This document shows positions 40,762 through 54,991 of a stretch of DNA of 64,000 bases, one piece after another. Made by a program: the position numbers and the translations under genes. This stretch comes from Chrysomallon squamiferum (Eukaryota; Animalia; Mollusca), in the NCBI GenBank assembly GCA_012295275.1, contig CM022677.1:5146001-5210000 (forward strand), read 5' to 3'. Under the pieces are notes generated by a model. The model was not told the origin of the DNA. It saw nothing but the letters and a program-made list of their open reading frames with translations, and searched no databases. Every line of letters begins with the position of its first letter. The stretch's first letter is position 1.

Positions 40762-42007
40762 TTTATTTTTATATTTTGCTGTGTTGATGTTATCAGTTTT
40801 AGTATTGAGTTTGACCTCATGATAAATAAATCAATTTATTTCACGTACATCGATTATTAAGTTAATTAGGTGCAGATAGAAAGGTCTGTAAACGTTATAT
40901 CTAATCAAACACTGTACAGTTTTCTAACAGTCCTTTTAAAAATCCAGATAATTTTTTGAACAACACACACACACACATTTCAATCTTTTTCTTATTCACC
41001 ATATCTGAATGTTTAATTACTGTTTGATAGTATGTGCATGTGTATGTATATGTGCACAAACACACACACATACACACATACATTCATACATGGATATGTA
41101 CATATTTCTGTTCTTCTTGTTTTGGAATACAGGAAAAAAAGAAGAAGAAATAACAAATAAATAAATACATAACTAAAAGCTAGGAAAACAACAAACAATT
41201 TCTATCCAGTGGTTAAATACAGTATTTTTCTCTATCCTTCTACAAACGAATCGCTGTGTCTATTATTAGTACATGAATGAGATACTCTGATAACCACTGT
41301 AATTTTAATTACTCTTCAGATATTATATACTACGTTAGTTATGATTTTTATTGCTGTTTACCACAAGATTAAAAATCTTTCAGAATTTTTTAATTATTAT
41401 TATTATTATTATTATCAAAAGAAAGATAAGCATTGAAGCTTACAACCGTTCCTTTTTTGAGTTGGTATCTTCTTCTCACTGTGTGTCGTCTGTCAAAACC
41501 AACTTCAGTCACAAGTTGAAATTGCAGAGGACTACAGAACTATTTCCGGATATTACATTTTTCATTAAGAAAAAAATATCGATTTAGATATTTATTTACC
41601 ATCACTACTACTGAGAAATTACCTGCAGGGCTTACGATACAACAAATTTTAAAATAAAATTTAAAACTTTGTTATATCGTATATATTTATTTATTTATTT
41701 ATTATCATTTTTTTATTATTATTCAGTAGCAATGTCATTTGTTTATTCTGAGATTTTGAAACCTGACGTTATAATTATAACACAGAATACATTACTTCAC
41801 TGAAGGTTCCATTTCTTTTACTTTACACCTACGAGTTGGAGCATGACTAGCGAAATTACCTTGCAGCATTCTTGTACACTCAGATGTTTATTTTGTTGTT
41901 TTCTTACTACAGTCAGTGGTTTTCAACTGGTGTTCTTTGTTATCTCTAAATATTTATTATTATTATTATTATTGTTGTTGTTGTTGTTGTTATTGTTATT
42001 CACAGAT

Positions 42008-43964
42008 ATGGCAACAGCTGCAAACTCCGATGATAAACTTTCGTGCTGCATTTGTGCCGAACTTTTCAAGAAGCCGCGAATGTTAAACTGTGGACATTCG
42101 TTCTGCAGCAAATGCCTGCAGGACTATATAAGTCATAATTACGACAACAACGACATACAAATCAACTGCCCGTTCTGCAGGCAGAATGTCCCCATCCCAG
42201 ACACGAAACCAGTGAATACATGGTCAGATCAATTCCCTATAAACCATTCACTACAGGACGCTGCTAATGATCGGCTACAATCAAAGTTTTGTGAGTCAGC
42301 AGTGTTGTGTTTAGATTCGTTACAATAAAATACTGAAAAAAAACTTTTAGTGATTGTTTAACTAAAGATATTTGTGTTAATCATGACAGTCTAAAGCAAT
42401 TGAGAACATTTTATTTAATACATTTCTCTACTCAGATTTTTAAAGTGGTTGATAAAATAAATTCTAAAACATCACATTGTAGACATATCTTTATTAATAA
42501 TAAGTAGTCCTAGTTAATTAATTACTTCACTGATTGATTATTTATTTATTTATTTATTTCAGCTCAAAAGGGAGATTACATGTCACTTCTGAGTTCTGTT
42601 TCTGAAAGTCTCAAAACCTTTAAAGAAATTCTTCAGACATAATGATGATAAGATTGAGCAATTTCGCCAAGCCGTCGACATCAACACTACAGTTGACACT
42701 ACAGAAGAGGTCAGAAGGACTGGTAACACACTAATCACAGATTTTACTGCCGCAGTCCACAAAGAACAAGACAGGTTAATAAGAGAAATAGAAAAATCTC
42801 AGAACTTTGTAAACTCAGAAATAGAAAAACTGTTTACTGAACATAAATATCTGATTGAAGAAAACAAAAAAAATGATTACACTAGGTAAAGATTTGTTGC
42901 AACGTGAATCAGAGGCTGAGATAAAAATAAATATTTCAAAATTCACCAAACTTCAAAACCAAACTTCCGAGTTTCTGTCCAAATCTCTTTCCCAAATAGA
43001 AAAAGCAAAGTTTAAAGTAAATCTGATAAAATCTGATAAAAAGGTAGAAATGTCAGTCCACATTGGAGAAATATCCATAAACATCCAAAGAGACACAAAT
43101 ATAGACACTCTGAAAAACACAGACACAGTTGACACGGAAACACAACGCACAGACACACGGATAGACAGACAGACATACACACTTAAACACACAGACACCA
43201 TTAACATAAAAACACAAGAAGATACATTGAATCCTTTTCTGGTTTCCCTGCTGGTGTCAGGTGCAGACAAAAGTAAAATTGTTGTTGGTGATTATAACAA
43301 TGAATGTGTAAAATGTTTTTGTTTAGAAAGAAAATCACTGATAAAAAGATACAACACTTCCTCTAAACCACGCGGTCTTGCTGAATCACGTGATCAGCGA
43401 GGTGATGTTGTTGTTTGTTGCTCTGCCACGGGAAAGTAAAATATTGTTTTTATATTTGGAAAACTTCAAACTGATAAAAAAGGTTAAAACTGTTAAAAGT
43501 ATCAGTTTATCGCTGTGTTACCTGGCAACCGTCTCGCGGTCACTGGGTACTTTAGTCAGTGCTTGGACATACTGACAGACAGTGGTCAGCTCATTAATTC
43601 TATCTCAACAGATTTGATCCCCAGACCGTCGTGTCTCACAGTTCACGATCAATGTCTGATTGTTGTGTCAATTGTAAACAGTGTAGTTTGTGTGACGTCA
43701 TCAGGTGACGTCAAATGGGAGTCACGTGATTCAGACAAACTGAGAGACTTGCAAGGTGTTACATGTGACAGGGAGGGAAATATTTTTGTTTGTGATTTTG
43801 ATAGAAATTGTGTTGTTCACTTGTCACGAGATGGTAACATTACACGTGACATCCTCACACGCCAGGATGGCCTGTCACAACCTTTGTCTGTCTGTTGTGA
43901 TAACAACAAACTCTATGTGAAAGATAACAATGAAATAAAAATATTTACATGGTGTAAACAGTAA
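42008..43964 (+). pseudogene. Disrupted paralog of the TRIM-like gene (exons 42008-42290 and 42563-43964)
   Basis: Intact RING exon and splice sites; premature TAA at 42640-42642; later indels near 42645-42695, 43415 (+1) and 43497 (-1); colinear with 7739-9617. Confidence 0.9.
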
Positions 43965-44152
43965 ATTTGAAACTGTCTGCTAAGTTCCACTTAACTGTTT
44001 CTTTCTGATAAATAAACTGAAAATCACTTATTTATTTATTTATTGTAAGGTAATTAATTTAGTTGATTAGTTTATTTTATTTATTTTTGTTTTTAAATAT
44101 ATGATTTATTTATTATGAATTACTTTTGAAATTTTCACCCAGTTTTGTCATT

Positions 44153-44203
<51 letters not shown>

Positions 44204-47200
44204 ATTCTATTATTTTATAAAGTACTTTATTTAAAAGAATGTTGTATTTAAAATATATTTGTACATATTCAAGTGTAATCGAACAAAACTAACAAAATAT
44301 TTATATGATAACAAATAAAATTCTTCTGTCATTATTTCATTTAAATTTTAAAACTATTTTACATTGTTTCTTGATCTCTTGTCAATATAGCTAGCTACCT
44401 ATATAGACAACTAACTGTATATATGTCTGTGTATAATATAATTAATGTGTATAATATCAGTGTAGTACAAAGTAGTTCACTGTTGAGATTTATTATAAAT
44501 TTACTATTAACAGCTAATACAAATTATTGTTTTGGCGATTATTAGCATTCTCAACTATTCTGCTCGAGATATTTTATAAAATTCTGTCTTAGACATTAAA
44601 TTAAGTTTAATTTGTTCATTATTATTTAGTTAGTTATTCTTTTAATGCAAACAAATGAATAAACAAACAAAAAGAAAGAAGAAAAAAAACACTCATGTTA
44701 GCGATCATGTTTCGTCTTTATTTAGTGTGCACGTTCAAGTTAGTTTGAGTAGGGAACCAATTCACAATATTCACGTAGCAAGGGCACATGGGCAGAACTT
44801 CGATCTGAAGTATGTTTTTTTTATTTATTTATTTATTTTTTGAGTATTATTATTATTGTTGTTGAAGTTGTTTTTGTTGCTGTTATTTTTGGATCAGTTT
44901 ATTTATTTTACAACAATAACAATAATAGCACGAATATGAACATTAACTGTAATAATTTGATCTATATACACAATCACATACATACGACATAGATACCCTC
45001 ATATACATTTATAAACATATGTATATACCCAGATGTACATGACCACTGCATTCCGATTATTCTCATTGTGCAGTCTAAACGTAACAAAACAGAATATTGA
45101 TTCCTTATAAATACACATACAAATATATGTTTAGTAACATTTACACACAAATATGTTCATACACAGATAGAAGCGGGCGTGCGCAAACATACGCACACAC
45201 ACACATATATATTAAACTACTTAATGTTTGCTTTTCTTCTTCGTCGTATTATTATTATTATTATTAGTAGTAGTAGTAGTATTACTACTACTACTTCTAT
45301 TACTACTAAAACTTCGACCTACTACTACTATTATTATTATTACAAATTACATTGTTGACAGCAATACAGCTATCACACAGAAAAAACACAAAAACACAAA
45401 AAGAAAAAGACAACAGCAATATATTCCTTGATACACAGAGCATACAGAAGAAAACATACAAAATATACACAAAGTATACTTATATAGATACAGATATAAT
45501 CATAGCAATGAACGTATAAATCACACACAATGTTTACTTAAATAGATAACAAATAATATTACACATATTATGGAGGAAAACATAAAAAACACAACAATGT
45601 ATACTTATATAGATGCACACACAGTGATAAACATAACAGAGATAAAACATAAAACACGCACAAGTATGACACAAAATGTATTTGCCGCATTGCACGCTTT
45701 ATCTTCTAGCTGACTTGATGTTTCATTTAAAGTGTGCCAGCCACAGACCCACAACATGAGGCTTGTTTGCTTCAGCTTTTGGTTTGAGTTTTGGTTTGAG
45801 TGTTATTTGAGTGTTAGCTTGTAATGAAGAACAATATTCAAGTGTAAAAAGCAAATAAAAGAAATCTGAAACAAAAATTACAAAAAGAAAAGAAACAGAA
45901 TTATGCATACTATTAGAGGCTTATAGATTACACCATATGAATTATATTTGACACAAGTAATTATTATTATTATTATTATTATTATTATTTTTTATTTTTA
46001 TTTTTTGGTTAAATTTATTATAAAAATATGTAACATAAATTTCAAAACTATGAGAAAAATAGGGGTGGGGAAATCAGGATAGGGGGAATAACCTATGATG
46101 ATGATATATATCTCATATTTGGATATATAAGGAATAATAATGAAAATAACGATAAAATAAATAAAATGGAATATATATATATATATATATAAATGAAAAA
46201 GTTAAATTCAAAATATTGTAAATCCAGTTTCTTTCTATAACATTAGCATAGAGCCTAAAAAAAAAAAAAAAATTAAAAGAAAAAGAAATGAAAAAAACAG
46301 AAAAACAAAAACCAGAAAGGTTAAAAACAATTTAATTTAAAAAAAAATTAATCTATGCAGTCTAGATATAGCATGAAACAAAATATTAGATTTAACTATT
46401 ACTGTTTTACCAATTATTTATTGTTTATTTAAACAATCTATTTTTATTTCAATGTGATTTTTTTTCTTATTATATTTGACATATTATTAATTATTGTTGA
46501 TTAATATTTTTATTAAAACAAGACACTCAGAAATTAAATTAATATATTGATGAAGATAGCAATATTATTTTACAACTTTGCAAAGAAATTAAATTAATAA
46601 TAATAATAATAATAATAAAAGAAAGTTTTACAGATCTTTGTGTTCAAATTTAAAGTATTTTACAGAATAAAATTTCTCTGGTACAGTAGATATCACTTTT
46701 TACACACAAAACACACAATAAAAACAATAAATATGGAAGCCATTGTGTCTTTGTGTGTGTTGTGCGTGTGTGTGTGTGTGTGTGCTTTCTCACAACTCAA
46801 AAAGCAGAAACAAATAAAATTAAGTAAGAAAAACCCACATTCCAATGTAATGTAATAAAATGTATAACGAAAGAAAAAACAACATTACAAAAATAAATCA
46901 ATGTAAATATGTATTTTAGAAGTCTGTGACTTGTAATAAATAATATACAAATACGCAAGAACAAACAAACCTAGTCATATTTTACACTTTTATTTAGACA
47001 CACAGTATTTCACTATACAGTTTTCTTGCCTAGATGACAAATATTTAGTGTAACTCAGTTTATTAAATGTAGGCAAATACACAGATCTAAATAAAACTAT
47101 GTCCTGTATTTAGTAGATTACAAATATTATCAGCTAAGTATAATTAAAATTATTCATGTAGCTAATAATAATAATAGTAATAATAATAATGATTGATGAT

Positions 47201-47821
47201 GATGATGACAATTTATTTTAAAAGATAGAGATTTTGTTATTTATATATGTATACATAGCATTACATTTAGCTAAAAGAAACTATATTAACTTAGATGAAA
47301 ACTGTAAGTAGTAAATTTTTCTAGATATTATTTTGATTTAGATATAATCTGATATTTCTCTACCTATATAACATTGTTTTCTGGATTAATGTCCTTAATA
47401 TTATCATCAATCTAAAATTATTCAAAATGATATGTCTTAGAGATTTGTATATGGTTTAGTTTCTAACTTGATACCTGAAATACACTTTTAAAAATTTCTT
47501 TAAAACAATCTGTACAGTTATGAATAATCATTATGCATCATCCATTATGTATTCAAATAGTAAAAAAATGAAACCAAACGTTAGTTCTATAGCCATACAT
47601 TTCTGCAAACCCTCTTCAAGGATTTCTGTAAGAAATTTATTGAAACAAATTTTATTAATATAATTAATATCATATTTATCTTTTATTAGGGATGAGATTT
47701 TCTTCGTGTGTGTAAAAATGTAGAAAGTTAATTTAGGTTTGTTTATTAATGAAACTGTTGTGAACTGCTGATCATGTGTATTGTAGAGACATAATTTAAA
47801 ATGGTAACTTAAAACTGCTTA

Positions 47822-47874
<53 letters not shown>

Positions 47875-48856
47875 GATAAAATTATAAAAATAATAAAGAA
47901 GAAAATATTCCTGCCACCAGTTTCTGGTAACAAAAACAGAACATGGTTTTTACTGAAAGAAGATTTGATGAGTTTTACTTTGAAATACTCGTTTCTTTCA
48001 CATTTAAAACTAGAGAACTTAAATTCATCATGAAACACAACTGGAAAATTCCACAGGTATAAAACACAACTCTTTTTTTAAATAAGTAAGTCATTTATAA
48101 TTAAGAAGCAATATACAGTAGCACATTATTACAGGATTAAATCAGTTCTGAATGCACAAGCTGTGATGCAGCCTGATTAATCATGTTTAAAATATTTCAC
48201 ATCTGAAAAATCTTGCAAGCTATATCTGACAAACAGTGATTTGAAATATGAGTTCATTGTAGATTTTATTTCACAACCCTATGAATTAAAGATCTGAATG
48301 TTATAAAAATTATTAATTATTTTAAGCTCATTATTTCTAGATAATATATATCAGAATTTAAATGAATAAAAACATTTTTAAATTAGCATATTTAAAAAAG
48401 CAATTGTTAACTCGCACATTCAAATTAACATTTTCCCATTGGCATATTTATATTTTAAAGTTGAAATTTGCTTGTATAAAACTGTGATGCATGTTTCAAA
48501 AGACTATTTAAAATCAGCTTTAAAACTGCACATTAAACCTGAATTGAAATCAGCTGCTTATATTTTTATCTCTACATATACCCCATGTTTTTAATTTTAT
48601 ATTAGGCTTTTATTTTATTTTTATCTCTACATACACCCCATTTCTTTATATTAGACGTTTATTTTATTTTTCTTCTCTACATATACCCCATTTTGTTTCT
48701 CCTTGACATCATTTCTTTCTGATTTTCATATGTAGTATTTTAACATGGTTTTGTTTCAATAAAATAAAAAATTCTTAAAATTTGAGTGTTAGTACAAAAT
48801 CTGATTTGCTTTACCTTTCCTTCTTTCTGAATAACCAGTAAACACCATGAAATGAA

Positions 48857-48975
<119 letters not shown>

Positions 48976-50819
48976 GAGAGTGTGTGTGTGTGTGTGTACA
49001 TACTTAATACAAAACTAATCTAAATCACATTCAAAGGTGAATTGTCTGCTGCTTCGTCTCGAGGTTCAAGTAGAAGTTGTAAACTTTCATCAGCTTCCAC
49101 AACGACTCAGGTCCATCAGCAGCTACATTCAGTCAAATCATTCTTGTTATACGTATGTCTGGGCAGACGCAGAAGCTCATCTCCCTGCAAACAGAAATTG
49201 AAAAACAAGCCAAATATTTAAAAGTGAAATATTTAAAAATAAAAGAACAATTCAGGAAATTATTTAAAAAAAAAAATAAAAAAAATATAAATAAATAAAT
49301 AAAAAGATGAAAAGAAAGAAAAAAAAGGTTATTAAAATAAATTAATTAATTAATAAAAGTTTCATCTCTATGACAACAAGAAAATGTGTGTCTATGTTAC
49401 TCTATCATGCAGGAAGTTTTATCTAATATTTATTTTAAAATTATTTTTATAATGATGCAGAAAATACATAATAATAATAATAATAATTATTATAATAATA
49501 ATAATAATGAGAATAATAGTAATAATAATAATAATTTAATGCAACTAAAATTAAGCCTAACAAGACACAAATGTAATAATTTTGACTTTTCTAAAAGTAA
49601 GAATAAACCTTCCTTCAACCTTCAAATACACACTCTCTCACACACACAACTACACACACACACACACACTCACAATCATATAATTTTCATGTTACAAGCA
49701 TGGTGTTAAAATTGATGCATCTTACATGAATATCATATTCAAATGTCATTTCTGCATTAAAATTATAGAAAAAGAGAAAAGATAAAAAGAAGGTTATACC
49801 ATAACTCCAGACATCAGTTTTGTGTGTGAATATTCTGTCCAGAGCTAAACACTGATTGGCATCTGAAGCAGTGAAAAAGAATAAAATCTTGTTTTTCATA
49901 TTTTTCCAGTTTATAGCATGATATCTGAAATTTAATCTTTTTGAAATTTCAGCATATCGATGTTCCTAGTTAATAAAAAAAATGAATTAAGACTAATCCA
50001 AGTTTCAGTTTGAAAGTTCCCTATTAATAAGAAAAAAGAATTTAAACTTCAATATTTAAAATCTGAATTTGAACCAATTTAATCAGTGTTTTTGATTAGT
50101 AAGAAATGTGAATTACTACTGTTCCACTCACTTTTCCACCACCAGCTTAGTACTCTTCCTCATTGTAATCAAGAAGTTTAGCTAATCCAAAATATGTGAT
50201 CTTCACCTGATTCGGGATTTGTACTGTACAAAGATAAAATAAAAAAAAAAAAAAAATATAATGTCAAAATTTTATTCACAATTTCAGTGATTATTATTAT
50301 TATTATTATTATTATCGTTATTACTGTTATTATTACTATTATTATTACTACTACTACTACTATTATTACTATTATTATTACTGTTATAATTATTATTATT
50401 GTTATTACAACTACTACTATTCTTATTATTATTTTATTATTATAAGTACTATTATTTAAAATCTTGAAAATGTATTTACTTATTTCTTTATTTATTGTTT
50501 TGTAAAGCTGACTAAAAAAGATTCTAATTAACCTTTGAAAGGAAAATAAATAGTTTTTTAAATAGAGAAAGAAAAAAACTGCTTTCTAGTGGATCTAGAA
50601 AACTACACCAATTTGAAAAAATAAAAATAAATAAACAACGGCAAACAAAAGAAAAATACAAAATCAAAACAAAAACAAACAAGAAAAGGTGAAAACAAAT
50701 CTTTATTAAAATACTTAGTTGACAAATAATGCTTACCAAGTACCTTTTTAGCAGCTAGATCTCTATGGACAATTCCCCTTTCCTCTAAAAAAATAATTCC
50801 CTGAAAACAACACAGTTTA

Positions 50820-51100
50820 TATGTGCTGTGTATGTGTGTGATTAAGCATGTATTTGTGTCTCTCTGTATTGTGTGTATAAGTGTGTCACGTGTATCTGTG
50901 TTGTGTGTGTGCCTTGTGTGTGTATCTGTGTTGTATGTATTGTGTTTGTGTCTATTTGTGTGTATGTCTGTGTGCATCTATGTGTAGTGTGTGTATATGT
51001 GTATTGTGTGTGTTGTGATCTGTGTGTGTTATGTGTGTCTGTGCATATCTGTGTGTTGTGTGTGTCTGTGTGTTGTGTTCTGTGTGTGTTGTGTGTACAT
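50820..51100. repeat. Degenerate (TG)-rich intronic microsatellite
   Basis: Direct reading. Confidence 0.9.
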
Positions 51101-51384
51101 TTGACAACACTCACACTGGCTATCTGAGTACATGAGTTGAGGAGGACTTTTGATCCAATGTGGTCTTTGTTTTTTCTCACGCCAAGTGACAGCAGCTGAG
51201 TGATCAACATCATCTGTGCCGTCATGCACACTGCGAGGATTCTGACACAACAAGGATGCTTCACTGACGCCATCACCCATGCCTCCTCCAACAGCTCCTT
51301 AATCAGGTTAGGACACCCATCCTGTAACTCTTTAATAGCTACTGGAATCTTGACATTTTCTCCTTCTGGTATCAATTATCCCTG

Positions 51385-51700
51385 ATTAATAATAATAATA
51401 ATAACAATAACAACAACAACAATAATAATGTAACAGTAATGATAATAATAATAACAATAATAATGACAGTAATAATAGTAACAATAATAATAAAAGTGAA
51501 AGTAATACTAATAACAATAATAATGACAGTAATAATAGTAATGATAATAAAAGTGAAAGTAATACCAATAACAATAACAATAATAGTAGTAATAATAGTA
51601 ATAGTACTAGTAGCAGTAGTAGCAACAGTAACGATACCAAAGGTAATAATATCAGTAGTAGTTGTGATAGTAACAGTAGCTGAAGTTGTAGATGTATTTT
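51385..51700. repeat. Degenerate (AAT/AGT/AAC)n intronic tract with a 66-bp internal duplication
   Basis: taaaagtgaaagtaatac occurs twice. Confidence 0.85.
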
Positions 51701-52954
51701 TAGTAGGAACATTATAACATTTAACATCCATCAGTTTGTGGTTGAGGTAGATAAAGATATGTAATTGTATTCTCACCTTATACACCATTCCAAATACTTC
51801 GGAGCCAACAATTCCTCCTTGTTTCAGTTCAGATTATTTTACCAGTCCAAGCTGGGTGGGGTCAGGTTTAACTGAAATAAAAACATTTATTTATAGATGT
51901 GCGTGTGTCTTTACCATCCTGCGTCATGCATTTGTATCAGATTAAGAACCACTGGCTAACAAACATTTATAATTTTGTACATAAAAAAATCATTTGAATG
52001 TGATATGACTGAAGGTCGTATTTTTTAGTAAATATACAATATAAACATATTATATAGAAAAGGTACTGCACACAGAAATGTGAATAAAGTATCTATAATG
52101 TATATATATACATATCTGTCTATAAAACAGATAAGTGTGTGTTTAATATCAAATCAGTCTGATAAAAGAAAGTCAGTTTCTTCATGACCAGACATCTTAG
52201 CTCTGATTGCCTCAGTCTTCCTCTTCACCTTTGCTCTCTTGTGTCAGTGATATCAAAATTCAGCCACAATACACCCGATCAGAAACAAACCCCTATAACT
52301 GAGATTATTACAGTTTTCTTCTTTTCATCACTGTGAAAATAAAACAAAACATTCAGAAAATCTGAAACTATGTAAAATAAAAATAACAAAAATAACAATA
52401 ACAATAATAATAAAAATAAAATTAAAATAATTCCTCATGTAAAAGCTGTTTATGAGAAGGTTCACATTAATTAACTATCTATGTTTTCAGTTAATATTTT
52501 AATTATGACTGCTATTGAGTTAAATCCTATGTTAACAAATACCCAGTCAGATTTATAATTTTCTTAGTTAATAACTTAATGGAAATATAAATATCTCAGT
52601 TAATTAGTTTTCTTGTTACTCAAGTTAATTAACTCAGTTAATAAGGTTAATCATGTTATTTAGTTAACTGACTAAGATAATAAATGAATTGTTTCAGTTG
52701 TAAAAGTTAATTAGCTCAGTTAATAAGCTGCCACACCTTTAAACATCTTGTATGTTTTATTAAGGCTCAGTCTAGGGGTGCCTTAATGGCCATCAAACAG
52801 GGAATATAAACACTAAATTGACAGCAATCTACATAAATCAATAAGTCTGTCTATCCACTAGACAAATAAACAGAACACAAGTTAAGGTACAAGTTAATTA
52901 GTCATAATACTTGATCTCTTTAATGTAATTTGGTCAATAGGTAAGATACCAACA

Positions 52955-53400
52955 GGCTAAACCTTACAAAGACCATTCGCTACCAATCAACTGCAGACCA
53001 GTTACAGTAACACCACATATGTAAAACCCTTGACACACTGTAAACACAAAACTTAAACAACAACAATTTAATAAGTAACTAACAAAACAGCTTTAGAACA
53101 AAACACTGCATGAACAACAATTTACTAAATTCCATAAATCAAACATTCAGTAAATGAATGAAAAGTGATTACAGTTTTCAAAGATTTTGGAAAAAGAATT
53201 TAATATGGTCACATTCGACAGCCAACTTCAGATGCCACATACAAAAGATAATCACATCTTGTAAAAACTGTTACCAAACATCACACTGCCTGACAGTCTT
53301 GTGTTAGAATAAAATATACAACACTTGAAATACAGACAAAAACCTACAGATACTAAAATACTGTGTTAAAATCAGCAATAAACATCTCATGAAGGATCTA
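52955..53400 (+). mobile_element. Short, old LINE RT fragment related to the 11.5-13.5 kb element
   Basis: KPYKDHSLPINCRPVTVT versus KPHKDHLLPNSYRPITLT at 12925. Confidence 0.6.
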
Positions 53401-53418
53401 GGCCCTGAACAACCCTTT

Positions 53419-53543
53419 AAAACTCACCTTTCACTACAATCTAGTTTTAAAACTCACCTTTCACTACAATCTAGTTTTAAAACACACCTTTCACTACAAT
53501 CTAGTTTTAAAACACACCTTTCACTACAATCTAGTTTTAAAAC
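53419..53543. repeat. 30-bp minisatellite x4
   Basis: aaaac(t/a)cacctttcactacaatctagtttt repeated. Confidence 0.95.
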
Positions 53544-54104
53544 AACAGTCAGCCATATTGAGATGTAGACTGGAGTGGGTGAATGTTGCAACCAGCAAAA
53601 GTAAAAAATAAAATAAACATTAGTTACAGCTTTCATCATCAAAACCCAAAATCAGTTTACTAAGAACTACATAAAAACCTTAAAACTCAGAATCTAAACA
53701 CAATCAAATTCAAACACAAAATAAACACAACACCAAACTGTGCTGTGGAATTTCTGAAACCATGAAACATTACTTAGTTCGCTGTCCAAAATCTGTCCTA
53801 ATGTTCCATTACTTTTTCAGTGAATTAAAAATTATATTTAAATTTAAAACCATCTTGATAGAAACAGTGAAAAACTGAGAGCCAAACTTTAATTCAAACA
53901 AATAAATAGACACAAATTCAAAAACATAACATAAAATAACACAATCATATAGGTCAAAAAAATAAAAATAAAATAAATAGCATACACAATAAGAAACAAA
54001 ACAAAAAGCAAATACATCAACACAAAACAATTATATAAATTAATTCATTAATAGATTAACTAATTCACCAGCTGATAGATTGGCTGACACAGAACTTTAG
54101 AAGA

Positions 54105-54408
54105 TATTTTAAAAGTTCCACATTTTCTTGACACAAGGAAGTAAACTGGTTCAGGCTGGAATGTGAACTTTCTGTACTGACAAGTGAAACTGAAGAAGAC
54201 AATTAGCTTTTTCTTAAAAATAAAAATGAAAACATAATTTAAAATAACAAACAAAAACATATATAATCATATATAATCAATTAATCTAAGAATTAATACA
54301 ATATCCTTAAAATTATATTTACTCCTTTAAATATGTTTCAGAACAGATTTCAATAAATATCACTTAATCTATTACAAAAATTACACATTATTCAAATGAA
54401 TTCTTACT
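54105..54408 (-). repeat. Duplicated small exon-like segment plus intron, paralogous to 55740-56024
   Basis: cacattttcttgacacaag.aagtaaactggttc...ttacacattattcaaatgaattcttac shared by both copies. Confidence 0.85.
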
Positions 54409-54791
54409 TGTCTTTCAAGCTGATGATTATGCACGTTATGTCAGTAAGCACAAGGCTCGAAATTTAAAAAAACAAACATTATGATTTAGTCGCCTAAAAA
54501 GTATTTTTTGAACATCTCTTTTTTTCTATAAGTTCTATAACACAAGAGCCACTATTAAATATGTATGTCACATAAAAGGTTTGTTCGTAGTTCGATTATT
54601 TGAAAATATCGGCTTACCTTAATTTGTCAACATCTAAAATGAAATACGAAAATTATTTATTAATTAAAATATCCACAAAAATTTAGTCCTAGTTATACAA
54701 ATCAGCTGGTAAGACATTTTCAAACAAACCTTGACAAAAATGGAATTATATAATAAGAAGAAGAAGAAGAAGAAGAATTATAGCATTATAC

Positions 54792-54991
54792 NNNNNNNNN
54801 NNNNNNNNNNNNNNNNNNNNNNNNNNNNNNNNNNNNNNNNNNNNNNNNNNNNNNNNNNNNNNNNNNNNNNNNNNNNNNNNNNNNNNNNNNNNNNNNNNNN
54901 NNNNNNNNNNNNNNNNNNNNNNNNNNNNNNNNNNNNNNNNNNNNNNNNNNNNNNNNNNNNNNNNNNNNNNNNNNNNNNNNNNNNNNNNNNN
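54792..54991. other. Assembly gap (200 N)
   Basis: Run of 200 N. Confidence 1.

Larger units (their letters stand above)
49004..52330 (-). pseudogene. EGFR: Unprocessed pseudogene of an EGFR/ErbB-family receptor tyrosine kinase; exons ~52330-52160 (TM/juxtamembrane), 51871-51777, 51381-51115, 50800-50737, 50223-50132, 49862-49800, 49184-~49004
   Basis: GIVGSEVFGMVYK|[18 protein letters not shown]...[34 protein letters not shown]; IVHRDLAAKKVL; VKITYFGLAKLLDYNEEEY*AGGGK; RIFTHKTDVWSYG; GDELLRLP. Canonical splice sites; stops, frameshifts and deletions. Confidence 0.92.

Noticed and set aside
45680-48060. Possible EGFR C-terminal tail exons (45680-45850, 47900-48060)
   Set aside because: No recognisable EGFR motifs or convincing splice pairs
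50842-51375. 177-aa ORF as a functional kinase gene
   Set aside because: One pseudo-exon read through into a TG-repeat intron, with an in-frame stop just upstream
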